64,000 bases of DNA from Microcoleus sp. Its GTDB lineage: Bacteria > Cyanobacteriota > Cyanobacteriia > Cyanobacteriales > Microcoleaceae. The position numbers were made by a program, and so were the translations under genes. Each line of letters starts with the position of its first letter. Within the stretch, counting starts at the first letter, position 1. The stretch is taken from positions 608,001 through 672,000 of the forward strand of contig JAYFMW010000020.1 of the NCBI GenBank assembly GCA_042408215.1, written 5' to 3'. This document shows positions 31,098 to 41,027 of the stretch, piece after piece. Below the pieces are notes generated by a model. That model had not been told where the DNA came from and did not search any database. It saw only the letters and a program-made list of their open reading frames with translations.

Positions 31098-33161
31098 CTA
31101 ACTTTTACCGTTGGCGTTACCATTTCCGCTAGTTAGCAAAACCCGCTTGGCTAAAGGTTCTGGTACTTCTTGTAAACGATCGAACTCCCAATTGAAAAAG
31201 CCGACTCCCATTGTTTGCGATCGCAATTCGACGATCGTATCCTGCATTTCTGCTAGCGGCACATAAGCTGTAACTGTATCCCATCCTTTCCAGTTGGATT
31301 TTCCTTCGTAGCCGAGAATTTGACCGCGGCGACCGCTCACCAATTGCAGCACCTTTGAGGTAAACTCGTTCGGAGCGTGAATTTCCACTTTGGCGATCGG
31401 CTCCAGCAGCACCGGTTCACATTTCGCCATCCCTTCCTGCATCGCTAAACGCGCAGCCTGCTTAAACGCTTGTTCGGAACTGTCAACGGTGTGATAGGAA
31501 CCGTTTGTTAGCGTCACCGCTACGTCTACCACTGGGAAACCGAGGGGGCCGCGATCGAGATATTCGCGCACACCGACTTCAACGCCGGGAATGTACTGTT
31601 TGGGCACGACTCCGCCGACTATTTTGTCGCTGAAATTGAAGCCTTCTCCCCGTGGCTGCGGTTGAATGTCGAGGTAGACGTCGCCAAATTGTCCGTGCCC
31701 GCCGCTTTGGTGTTTGTAGCGCCCGTGGATCGAAGATGCTGGTTTGCGGATGGTTTCTTTGTACGGCACTTGTGGTAAGTGAGTTGTCATTGGCAGGTTA
31801 TACTTACGGCGCAACCTGTCTAAAGCTACTTTCAGGTGGATTTCGCCTTGACCCCAAAGTATAATTTCGTGAGTGTCGCCGTGTTGCTGCCAAACTAAAG
31901 ATGGGTCTTCTTCGAGCAATTTGGCTAGGGCGCTGCTGAGTTTAACTTCGTCGTTGCGTTTTTCTGGGGCGATCGCCAATGCGTACACCGGTGACATAAG
32001 ATCAGCTTTTGGCAGATCCATTGTGCGATCGACTGTCAGCGTATCGCCTGTTTTCAAGCCTTCTAGCCGCCCCAAAGCGACTATTTCCCCCCCACTTGCC
32101 GAATTCAAACTTTGGGTTTGCTGGCCGATTAAACGGTACAAACCGTTAACTCGCAGCCCGTTCAAAGTTGCTCCGTCTGCTAGGGTGCCCTGCCAAATTC
32201 TCACTAACGATAGTTTGCTGCCCTGGGCTGTATAATAGGTTTTCAGGACTTGAGCGCCAACTTTGTCATCACTTTGTATAACACCGCGCCGGGCCGCAGT
32301 CGTTTCCGGGGCCGGCGCTTCCCTCAGCAAAGCTTCTAGCAGCGGGCGCACGCCGAAATCTTGTTCGGCGATCCCGATGAATACGGGCACGATTAAATCG
32401 GCGCCCAATTCCATCTTTAAATCGCGGGTGATTTCTTCGGTGTCGGGGTTGATTTCTTCGAGCAATTCTTCGAGCAAATGGTCGTCAAAATTGGCCAATT
32501 CCTCCAGCATTTGTTGCCGCGCTTCGTGCTCTTGTGCTTTCAGGTTTTCTGGTAGCGGTACGGGATCTGCGGCGGCGCCCGGATGGTAGTGGTAAGCTTG
32601 TTCGGTTACTAAGTCGATGAAGCCGACGATTTGTCGGTCTTTGCCGATCGGATATTGGTGAGGTACGATCGGTCTACTGGAAATAGATTTGAGTGCGTTG
32701 ATGATGTTGATGAAGTTGCTGCCGCAAGTTGTTTCGTCTGTGGAAGCGCGATCGATCTTATTGACAAAAACTAGGTGCGGAATTTCCCAATCATCCAGGA
32801 ATTTAAACAGGGGTGCGAGGGTGAGAGGTCGATCCGTCACTGGCTCGCAAACTATTACCGCCGCGTCTACACCAATCAGTGCATTGTAAGTTTCTTGGGC
32901 AAATTCGATCGAGCCCGGACAGTCAAGAAATGTGAAGCGGACGCCTTCGTATTCAGTGCTGGCGGCGTTAACTTCTGTGCTCATTTTGCGATCGCGCGCT
33001 TCCGGCGAACTATCACCGATTGTGTTGCCATCTTTGGCATTACCTTTGCGAGTAATTGCGCCTGTCACTGACAGCAAACTTTCCAGCAGTGCGGTTTTAC
33101 CGCTTAAATAAGGGCCAACAATTGCAACGTTCCGCGTGGCCCCAATAACTTTTTCGTTCAT
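31098..33161 (-). CDS. fusA: Elongation factor G paralogue (EF-G2-like)
   Basis: RNVAIVGPYLSGKT, DCPG, NKID, GQGEIHL, YKHQSGGHGQFG, GSYHTVDSSE. The deviant G1 marks a paralogue rather than canonical EF-G. Confidence 0.88.
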   Translation of the reverse strand: MNEKVIGATRNVAIVGPYLSGKTALLESLLSVTGAITRKGNAKDGNTIGDSSPEARDRKMSTEVNAASTEYEGVRFTFLDCPGSIEFAQETYNALIGVDAAVIVCEPVTDRPLTLAPLFKFLDDWEIPHLVFVNKIDRASTDETTCGSNFINIINALKSISSRPIVPHQYPIGKDRQIVGFIDLVTEQAYHYHPGAAADPVPLPENLKAQEHEARQQMLEELANFDDHLLEELLEEINPDTEEITRDLKMELGADLIVPVFIGIAEQDFGVRPLLEALLREAPAPETTAARRGVIQSDDKVGAQVLKTYYTAQGSKLSLVRIWQGTLADGATLNGLRVNGLYRLIGQQTQSLNSASGGEIVALGRLEGLKTGDTLTVDRTMDLPKADLMSPVYALAIAPEKRNDEVKLSSALAKLLEEDPSLVWQQHGDTHEIILWGQGEIHLKVALDRLRRKYNLPMTTHLPQVPYKETIRKPASSIHGRYKHQSGGHGQFGDVYLDIQPQPRGEGFNFSDKIVGGVVPKQYIPGVEVGVREYLDRGPLGFPVVDVAVTLTNGSYHTVDSSEQAFKQAARLAMQEGMAKCEPVLLEPIAKVEIHAPNEFTSKVLQLVSGRRGQILGYEGKSNWKGWDTVTAYVPLAEMQDTIVELRSQTMGVGFFNWEFDRLQEVPEPLAKRVLLTSGNGNANGKS

Positions 33162-33447
33162 CTTCCCTCCAACATAAAACTTGTTTTCGATTGCTCCTGG
33201 TGCATTGAATTAAATACAATCTTCTAGACTTTTTCCAGGTCAATTTTTATTGCTGTCTAGATTAATTTCAGATTTTGGTATGATTCAATACTTTTGACCC
33301 TAGCGTGTTTTGAGTGACAACAACAAAAATTGTAGTTTTTCTTAATATTTGGAGTTTTTAACCGCAGAGAACGCAGAGAACGCAGAGGAAGAGAAGAGAG
33401 AGACTAATAATTCCGATTGATATCGCTCTTCCTCTGTCTTGATTTGT

Positions 33448-35361
33448 CTAATTTCTGAGCAGTCGCAAACCGCTTAATGTTACTATTACTGTAGACCCTT
33501 CGTGCCCGATTACACCTAAAGGCATGGTGATATTTCCCCAAAAATTAGCAGCTAATAACAACAGAATGCAACTGAGCGCGAAAACTATGTTTTGTTTGAC
33601 GACATTTTGAGCGCGACGGCCTAAAATAATTGCCTTTGCTAGTTGTTCCAATCTATCGGCCATTAATACTATATCCGCAGTTTCTAAAGCTACATCGCTG
33701 CCAGAAATTCCCATTGCGATTCCTACGGAAGCTTGAGCTAGGGCGGGGGCATCGTTGATGCCGTCTCCTACCATTGCGACGGTTTGATAGTGTTTTTGCA
33801 GCTCTTTAATTACCTGCACTTTATCTTCGGGCAAAAGTTCCGCATAGACTTCATTGATGCCTAATTCGCGGGCTATATATTGAGCGGTTTGCTGATTGTC
33901 ACCTGTCAGCATAATTATATGTTCTATGCCTAAGTTTGTCAAGCGTTTGATCGTGTTTGCGGCTTCGGGGCGGAGTGTATCGGCAACTGCTATGATTCCT
34001 AAAAGTCGATCGCCCTTTGCCACCCAAACAACGGTTTTTCCTTCTGCTTGCAACTGCTGACTTACTTGAGTTAACTCCGCAGTCGCTTCCACAAATTCAG
34101 CTTTGCCAATTGTGATTATTTGGTTGTTGACTTTACCGATAATTCCTTGCCCGATTTTTGCTTGGACATCAGTTGCGGTTGGGAGTTCTAGTTGTTGCTG
34201 CTGGGCGGCTTGGACAATGGCGATCGCGATCGCGTGTTCGGAATAAGTTTCTAAAGCAGCAGCTAATTGCAAAACTTCTGTTTCAGTATATCCTGCTGCT
34301 GGGACAATTTGGATAACTTCAGGTTTTCCAGTTGTCAGAGTGCCTGTTTTATCAAAGGCGATCGCCCTAACTTTACCAATTATCTCTAATTGTGCACCAC
34401 TTTTAAACAAAATTCCTTGTTTCGCCCCGTTAGCAATGCCCGAAAGCAGCGCCGGCATAATCGAAGCCATCAGCGCGCAGGGAGAAGCGACTACTAGGAA
34501 AATCAGCGCCCTATAGATAGTATCTTCCCAATTCCAGCCTAAAATAAATGGTGGCAAAATTGCTAATAGCAAGCCTAAACCCACAATTAATCTGGCATAA
34601 CCGCGCTCGAACTTTTCGACAAACATTTGAGAAGGCGGCGCTTCGGTTTGCGCTTGTTTCACCATCCGAATTACTCGCTGAATTAAACTGCTTTCTGGGG
34701 TTTTGTGTACTTCCAGTTGTAGCGCGCCGACACCGTTAATTGTCCCTGCATACACTTCATCGCCGACGGTTTTTTCCACGGGCATAGATTCGCCGGTAAT
34801 CGAGGCTTGATTCAGGCTGCTAAAACCTTCTACAATTATCGCATCGGTGGGAATGATTTCTCCGGGCTTGACTAAAATGCGATCGCCTATTTCCAATTTG
34901 TCGATCGCAATTTCTCGTTCATCCCCATACATCATAACCCTAGCAGTATCCGCAGTCAAACTCATCAGACTGCGAATACTACGTTCAGTACGCTGCATAG
35001 CATAACCTTCTAGCGCGCCACTAATCGCAAAGATTAAAATCAACACCGCGCCGTCAACAATTAAATGATATTCTTGCCGCCACAGCCCCAAACTGGCCGC
35101 CCCCAAAGCAGCAACAATCATTAACAAATCAACATCTAATTCTCGTTCTTGAAAGAGTGTAGTTAATCCTTCGCGGGCGCTAGAATAACCACCGATCGCA
35201 TAAGCCGCCGGCAGGATAAATACGGCTAAGCCTAGCCAGCCGAGGTGCAGCGCCAGAGAACCCAAAATTACCAGAAATCCGCACAGGGCGGCAGTTATAG
35301 CATCTGGATGTTCTTCTGCTAACTGGGAAAGGCGAGAAATTGATAGAGAATTAGTAGTCAT
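33448..35361 (-). CDS. coaT: P1B-4 heavy-metal (Co2+) P-type ATPase
   Basis: SPC TM motif (VVASPCAL), DKTGTLT, TGES, GDGINDAP, HEGST; divergent from a CoaR-type regulator. Confidence 0.88.
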   Translation of the reverse strand: MTTNSLSISRLSQLAEEHPDAITAALCGFLVILGSLALHLGWLGLAVFILPAAYAIGGYSSAREGLTTLFQERELDVDLLMIVAALGAASLGLWRQEYHLIVDGAVLILIFAISGALEGYAMQRTERSIRSLMSLTADTARVMMYGDEREIAIDKLEIGDRILVKPGEIIPTDAIIVEGFSSLNQASITGESMPVEKTVGDEVYAGTINGVGALQLEVHKTPESSLIQRVIRMVKQAQTEAPPSQMFVEKFERGYARLIVGLGLLLAILPPFILGWNWEDTIYRALIFLVVASPCALMASIMPALLSGIANGAKQGILFKSGAQLEIIGKVRAIAFDKTGTLTTGKPEVIQIVPAAGYTETEVLQLAAALETYSEHAIAIAIVQAAQQQQLELPTATDVQAKIGQGIIGKVNNQIITIGKAEFVEATAELTQVSQQLQAEGKTVVWVAKGDRLLGIIAVADTLRPEAANTIKRLTNLGIEHIIMLTGDNQQTAQYIARELGINEVYAELLPEDKVQVIKELQKHYQTVAMVGDGINDAPALAQASVGIAMGISGSDVALETADIVLMADRLEQLAKAIILGRRAQNVVKQNIVFALSCILLLLAANFWGNITMPLGVIGHEGSTVIVTLSGLRLLRN

Positions 35362-35394
35362 TGGGAAAATTTGATTTGGTAGAATGACTCCTAT

Positions 35395-35430
35395 AGCCTA
35401 AACCTTGACATTAATGTCAATGTCAAGAGT
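35395..35430 (-). promoter_or_regulatory. MerR-type promoter/operator of coaT
   Basis: Minus strand -35 TTGACA (35426-35421), 20-bp spacer, -10 TAGGCT (35400-35395), overlapped by the dyad CTTGACATT-N6-AATGTCAAG. Confidence 0.82.
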
Positions 35431-35531
35431 AAAATCAAACAAAATTACAAAACTCAATAACCATCCGTACTCATCCGCGTACATCCGCGTACATCCGCTC
35501 ACATCTGCGGTTAAAAAATCCCAAAAATCCC

Positions 35532-36647
35532 ATGCAAAAATACCTCACAATTAAACAACTTACAGAAGCCGTAAAAGGCCCCATCACCCCTCGGATGGTG
35601 CGACACTATCACGCCTTGGGGTTGCTATCTCCCGCAGTGCGATCGACCTCCAACTACAGACTCTACACCCGCAGCGACGTCCAGAAATTGCAAAAAATTG
35701 TCGCACTGAAACAGCAAGGTTTTCAGCTTTCTCATATTCGCAAACTCTTAGCAACTGACAGCGAGACTTCCTCTGACGCGCTGATGGGGGCGCTACAACA
35801 GCAATATTTGTCTGTCACGCAACAGATTGTTCGCCTCCGACAAACGGCTTTAGCGCTGGAAGGATTGCTGGGGCGGGATATTTCGTGTCAAGCGGTGCAA
35901 GCGGGCGCACTGTCGCAATTGAGGCTGTTGCAGGTGGAAACTGAGGGGGGATTGGGTGAATTGGAACAAGTTTGGGATAGTTGGGATGCGGTGGCGCATT
36001 CTCACCCGGAGGATTTTGGGGAGTCTTTGCAGCATTTGTTGCCGGATTTGAGCGATCGCTCGGAAATTGAGGTAGACTTGCTGTCAAAGTTGGTATTAGC
36101 TTGCGGTGATTGTTCGCTGTTACCGTTTGTGAAGTTGAGCGAAACTGCGATTCAATCTGCTCGCGAAGCCCTGAAAAGTAATTGTCAAATTGTGGCTGAT
36201 GTTTCGCCTGTTTTTGCTGCTCTCGATCGCACTAGATTAGCACATTTGGGAACAAGTATTGAAACTTTAATTGATGACCCACACATTAATGCTGCTGCGG
36301 AAGCGGAACAGGAATTTTGGCAGGAAAAAGCATGGTTTGAACAGTTGTTTAAACTCGAAAAAGGATGTATATTGGTAGTAGGATATGCGCCGTCGGTGTT
36401 GATGGCTGTTTGTGAGGCGATCGAGCATCGGGAACTGCAACCGGCTTTGGTGATTGGTATGCCGATCGGTTTTAGTCATTCTCCGATCGCGAAACGGCGG
36501 TTAGTGCGATCGGGCGTTCCTTATATTACGACTGTTGGGACTTTTGGCGGCGGATTGTTGGCGGCGGTTGCTTTGAATGCTTTGGTTGAATCTTTGATTG
36601 AAAAGCCGAATTGTCATTGTTATCTCAAGTTAAATAAATCAATCTAA
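35532..36647 (+). CDS. coaR: MerR-family regulator fused to a precorrin isomerase (CobH/CbiC)-like domain
   Basis: MerR HTH (TPRMVRHYHALGLL...NYRLY), VGYAPSVL and PALVIGMPIGF (CobH-like), C-terminal Cys-His-Cys. Confidence 0.88.
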   Translation: MQKYLTIKQLTEAVKGPITPRMVRHYHALGLLSPAVRSTSNYRLYTRSDVQKLQKIVALKQQGFQLSHIRKLLATDSETSSDALMGALQQQYLSVTQQIVRLRQTALALEGLLGRDISCQAVQAGALSQLRLLQVETEGGLGELEQVWDSWDAVAHSHPEDFGESLQHLLPDLSDRSEIEVDLLSKLVLACGDCSLLPFVKLSETAIQSAREALKSNCQIVADVSPVFAALDRTRLAHLGTSIETLIDDPHINAAAEAEQEFWQEKAWFEQLFKLEKGCILVVGYAPSVLMAVCEAIEHRELQPALVIGMPIGFSHSPIAKRRLVRSGVPYITTVGTFGGGLLAAVALNALVESLIEKPNCHCYLKLNKSI

Positions 36648-36882
36648 TTAAACGTAAAACGATCTCGCTTGTTAGATATTCTATCTGAGTCACAATCCTC
36701 TCGATCCCCCCTAACCCCCCTTAAAAAGGGGGGAACAAGAGTATTCTCAAAGTCAACCCCTACTCCCCTTCTTAAGGGGGATTTAGGGGGATCGAGACTT
36801 CGATACAAATGAGAAAGATAGAGGGTTTTAGTCTTAAGTTGACACCAGTGCCTTACTCGCCCCTACAAGTTTTCAGATGCGA

Positions 36883-39555
36883 TTATTTCAACCCTTCTAG
36901 CAATTGATTGCGAGCAGTTTCTAGGGCTGCTTTCAACTTAGTTGCATCGCGGCCCCCAGCTTGCGCTAAATTCGGCCGCCCGCCGCCTTTTCCGCCACAA
37001 ATTTGAGCAATTCCCCCAATAAACTTCCCAGCTTGCAATCCTTTCTTGTTGACTTCTGGACTAAAAGCTGCTACCAAACTTACTTTGTCTGGTTCGGGAA
37101 TTGATGCTAAAACTACAGCACTATTTCCGAGTTTTTGCTGCAACCTTTCCGCCGCAGTTTTCAGTGCTTCTGTATCCACATCTCCCAATTCGGCGATGAT
37201 GATTTTGCAGTCGCCAATCGACTCAGCTTGTGCTAGCAATTGGTCAGATTTAGCGATCGCTAATTCCGACTTCAAAGCAGCCAATTGTTTCTGAGTATCC
37301 TTCAATTCGTTCTGCAAATTAGTGATGCGATTTGGCAATTCTTCGGGTTTTGCTTTAAATCGATCGCCCAAATCTCGCACCACCTTGTCCCGCACGTTCA
37401 AATAGTCTAACACAGCTTGACCGGAAACTGCTTCTATCCTGCGAATTCCCGATGCTACCCCCGCTTCGGAAACTATCTTAAATAGCCCGATTTCTGCGGT
37501 GTTGCTGACGTGGGTTCCGCCGCACAATTCCATCGAAACGCCGGGGAAATCAATCACTCGCACGACGTCGCCGTATTTCTCGCCAAACATGGCGATTGCG
37601 CCTTTTTCTCTCGCTTGGGCGATCGGCATTTCGGCAATTTCAGCAACGTGAGCCTCCGCAATCCAGTTATTAATTTGATGTTCAATTTGCTCCAACTCTG
37701 CCGCTGTCACCGCCCTTGGAGAATTGAAGTCAAATCGCAATCTGTCAAAGGATACCAGAGAACCAGCTTGAGAAATAGAAGCGTCTACAATTTGCCGCAA
37801 AGCTGCTTGGAGTAAATGAGTTGCTGTGTGATTAGCCTGAACTCTGCGACGCCCGCTATTGTCAATTTGTGCAGTCACATTCTCGCCAACTTTCAGCATT
37901 CCCCGTTCCACAATCCCGAAATGCACGAAGAAACCCGACTCCTTTTTCACATCATCAACCCTCACCAACAAACTCTCTACATTTTCTCCCTCTGCGCCCT
38001 CTGCGCCGCTGCGGTTAAAATAACCCTTATCCCCAATTTGTCCCCCCGATTCTGCATAAAACGGCGTGGGATTCAATACAACTTGTACCTCGGTTCCAGC
38101 GGCTGCTTCTGTAACAGATTTGCCGTCTACTAAGATAACTTCCACCTTAGCTAAACTCGATAATTTCCCATAACCAACAAACTCTGTTACCTGGATACTT
38201 TCAGCCAATTTATCCAAAGAACCCTGGACGGTTAAATCAATAGTTTCGCGCCCTTCTTTTCCGCGAAGTTGCTGTTCTTTCATCTGCGCTTCAAAACCCA
38301 GCAAATCGACAGTAATTCCCTGTTCTTCGGCAATTTCTTGAGTCAATTCTAAGGGGAAACCGTAGGTATCGTAAAGGGTGAAAGCATCGGGGCCGCTGAT
38401 TTGTTGGTTTTCTTGCTGTTTTGTGCGATCGACAATTTCTGACAGCAGTTTTTCGCCCCGTTCCAAAGTTTTGAGAAACTGCGATTCTTCCCTTGCTAAT
38501 TCAGCTTTAATTGCTGCTTCCCGCTGGCGCACGTTCGGATACACGCTCTCGGAAAGGGCGATCGCACTTTCGGCCACCCGCACCGTAAATTCCCCTTCAA
38601 TTCCAATCAGCCGCCCGTGGCGCACCACCCGGCGAATCAACCGACGCAAAATGTAGCCCCGCCCCACATTCGACGCCCGAATTTCATCAGCAATCATGTG
38701 GACGACAGCCCGAATGTGGTCGCCAATTACTTTTAGCGAAACCTTGGTTTTTTCATCGCTATTAGCATAATCAATCCCGGCCATTTCCGCAGCAGATTGG
38801 AGGATCGGAAAAATCAAATCTGTTTCGTAATTATTGGGGACTTTCTGGAGGATTTGCGCCATCCGTTCCAATCCCATTCCAGTATCAATATTTTGATTTT
38901 GCAGCGGTGTTAAATTGCCCTCTGCATCTTTATTGTACTGCATGAATACCAGGTTGTAAAATTCGATAAATCTGGTATCATCTTCTAGGTCAATATCCTC
39001 GCCTCTTTCTGGGTGAAAATCATAGTAAATTTCCGAACAGGGGCCGCAGGGCCCAGTGGGGCCGGAATTCCAGAAGTTGTCGTCTTCTCCCATGCGCTGG
39101 ATGCGATCGCCCGGAATGCCGATTTCGTCGCGCCAAATTGCAAAGGCTTCGTCATCTTCGCGGAAGACGCTAACCACTAAGTTTTCCGCCGGTAAACCGA
39201 AGACTTCGGTGGAAAGTTCCCAAGCCCAGGCGATGGCTTGTTTCTTGAAGTAATCCCCGAAGCTGAAGTTACCCAACATCTCAAAAAATGTGTGGTGACG
39301 GGCGGTGCGGCCGACGTTTTCGATATCATTGGTGCGGATGCACTTTTGGGATGTGGTGGCGCGGGGAGATGCGGCGGTGCGCTGTCCGAGAAATATTGGT
39401 TTAAATGGTAGCATTCCGGCGATCGTCAGCAATACTGTCGGGTCTTCGGGCACTAATGAAGCACTCGGTAAGATTTTATGTCCCCGCTGGGCATAAAAGT
39501 TGAGGAATGTTTCGCGAATTTGGCTACCGCACAGAAACTGAGGAGAAATAGACAT
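36883..39555 (-). CDS. alaS: Alanine--tRNA ligase
   Basis: [58 protein letters not shown]. Confidence 0.98.
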   Translation of the reverse strand: MSISPQFLCGSQIRETFLNFYAQRGHKILPSASLVPEDPTVLLTIAGMLPFKPIFLGQRTAASPRATTSQKCIRTNDIENVGRTARHHTFFEMLGNFSFGDYFKKQAIAWAWELSTEVFGLPAENLVVSVFREDDEAFAIWRDEIGIPGDRIQRMGEDDNFWNSGPTGPCGPCSEIYYDFHPERGEDIDLEDDTRFIEFYNLVFMQYNKDAEGNLTPLQNQNIDTGMGLERMAQILQKVPNNYETDLIFPILQSAAEMAGIDYANSDEKTKVSLKVIGDHIRAVVHMIADEIRASNVGRGYILRRLIRRVVRHGRLIGIEGEFTVRVAESAIALSESVYPNVRQREAAIKAELAREESQFLKTLERGEKLLSEIVDRTKQQENQQISGPDAFTLYDTYGFPLELTQEIAEEQGITVDLLGFEAQMKEQQLRGKEGRETIDLTVQGSLDKLAESIQVTEFVGYGKLSSLAKVEVILVDGKSVTEAAAGTEVQVVLNPTPFYAESGGQIGDKGYFNRSGAEGAEGENVESLLVRVDDVKKESGFFVHFGIVERGMLKVGENVTAQIDNSGRRRVQANHTATHLLQAALRQIVDASISQAGSLVSFDRLRFDFNSPRAVTAAELEQIEHQINNWIAEAHVAEIAEMPIAQAREKGAIAMFGEKYGDVVRVIDFPGVSMELCGGTHVSNTAEIGLFKIVSEAGVASGIRRIEAVSGQAVLDYLNVRDKVVRDLGDRFKAKPEELPNRITNLQNELKDTQKQLAALKSELAIAKSDQLLAQAESIGDCKIIIAELGDVDTEALKTAAERLQQKLGNSAVVLASIPEPDKVSLVAAFSPEVNKKGLQAGKFIGGIAQICGGKGGGRPNLAQAGGRDATKLKAALETARNQLLEGLK

Positions 39556-40049
39556 GACAAAAACAATTAAGTATGTAAAGATGTAGCAGGAATAGAACTT
39601 ACATCTATGTGGATATTTATATCATTATAATGAGTAATGTAAAGACCTATCAAGTTTTGCAAATTATGCTTGCCAGTCTGGAAAGGTCATGGTAGCTTAA
39701 TAGTAGACACCTGGATAGAAAAAGAAAGGAGGTCGCTCATACTTATCAACGTTATCAACACATTTCCCGGATATAGACATGGTGTCTCCGGTCTAGATTC
39801 CGAAAGCGGCCGAAATTAACCGAACACAACTTAGAATAGTGGTAACACTGCTGATCTAGCAGTAACGCCAAAACGCAGTCGAGTCAGACCTAGTGTGATG
39901 TCGGATTAAGAGTAAAGCTGCACAAGTTGTACACCCTAGTAATTAATTGTTCTCAATCGTCCATAGATCTCGTTTGTTAGAAAAGTTACGGTTCTCATAC
40001 TATTGGGCCTGGTCACTGTCGATCGGGCCCTAAGTTTTGTGATGGTAGA

Positions 40050-40140
40050 AGGGAGAGGGGGAAAGGGGGAGTGGGGAAGAGATGGAGAGGGAGAGGGGGG
40101 AGTGGGGGAGAGAGGGGGAGGGGGAGAGGTAGAGGGAAAG
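40050..40140. repeat. Purine-rich GGGAGAG-type tract
   Basis: About 90 nt of almost pure G/A runs; complementary CT tract at about 23980-24035. Confidence 0.7.
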
Positions 40141-40412
40141 ATGGTGAAATGGGCCAAGATAGTTGCGATCGGCACTAAATAATCCTGTCGAAACGTGATA
40201 CATAGTTAGATGTGTGTTCGCGATCGCTGCTGGTTAGCGGTGGGTAAGGTGCTGTGCTTTAGCTACAGTCAAGATGCGATATCATGGAAAATGTCAATAC
40301 AAGACACTCAACATCTAAGCTAGAGTCTGCTTAAACGGCTCGACTGGCGGTTTCAAAAAAAAATCTAGCACAGTTCTCAAATTCACAATTTTCGGAGATC
40401 CGAGGTACAATC

Positions 40413-41021
40413 ATGGCCGAAATAACTAAAGAAGAAATGCGCGAACGGCTGGGAAATATCGACCAGATCCGAGATATAATTTTCGGGGCGCAGCTTAGAG
40501 AATACGACAATCGCTTCGACAAAATAGATTCCGACTTGTCGATGATGCAGCAAGATATGCAAGCTCGCATCGAACAGGTAAGAACAGTTCTTTCCACAGA
40601 AATGAGGACAGCAGTTGATTCATTAGAAAAGAAAATTAAATCAATCACCTTAAATACCCAAGAAGAAAGCGCCGATCTGCGGCAGCAAATCGATCGCATT
40701 AACCGAAAATTTTCGAGCAGCATTGAAGCCCTCGATGAGGCTATAGACAATCAAACAGGTTCGATTCGTGACGAACTCTCTCAAACCAGAGAGCGGCTGT
40801 CCGAAGAAACTCGCATTCTGAAAACACAAGTTTTTGAAGAACTCGATCGGCGCTTTTCTATGCTCAGAGAGGTGAAAGTTTCCAGAGACGATATGGCAGA
40901 AATTCTGTTTGAACTTGGTATGAGGCTCAAAGGAACTGAATTTGCGCCGGAACTTAAAGGAGTTGCCGATAATAAGTTAAACAACGAATTTTTGTTACCG
41001 GAGCGCCACCATCACGGATAA
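40413..41021 (+). CDS. Coiled-coil hypothetical protein (first gene of the GTPase operon)
   Basis: GNIDQIRDIIFGAQ start followed by heptad-rich helices; GAGG RBS. Confidence 0.85.
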   Translation: MAEITKEEMRERLGNIDQIRDIIFGAQLREYDNRFDKIDSDLSMMQQDMQARIEQVRTVLSTEMRTAVDSLEKKIKSITLNTQEESADLRQQIDRINRKFSSSIEALDEAIDNQTGSIRDELSQTRERLSEETRILKTQVFEELDRRFSMLREVKVSRDDMAEILFELGMRLKGTEFAPELKGVADNKLNNEFLLPERHHHG

Positions 41022-41027
41022 TAACGC

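Noticed and set aside
35532..36647. Cobalamin biosynthesis gene cluster
   Set aside because: The CobH-like domain is the sensory part of a MerR regulator; no other cob/cbi genes are present.
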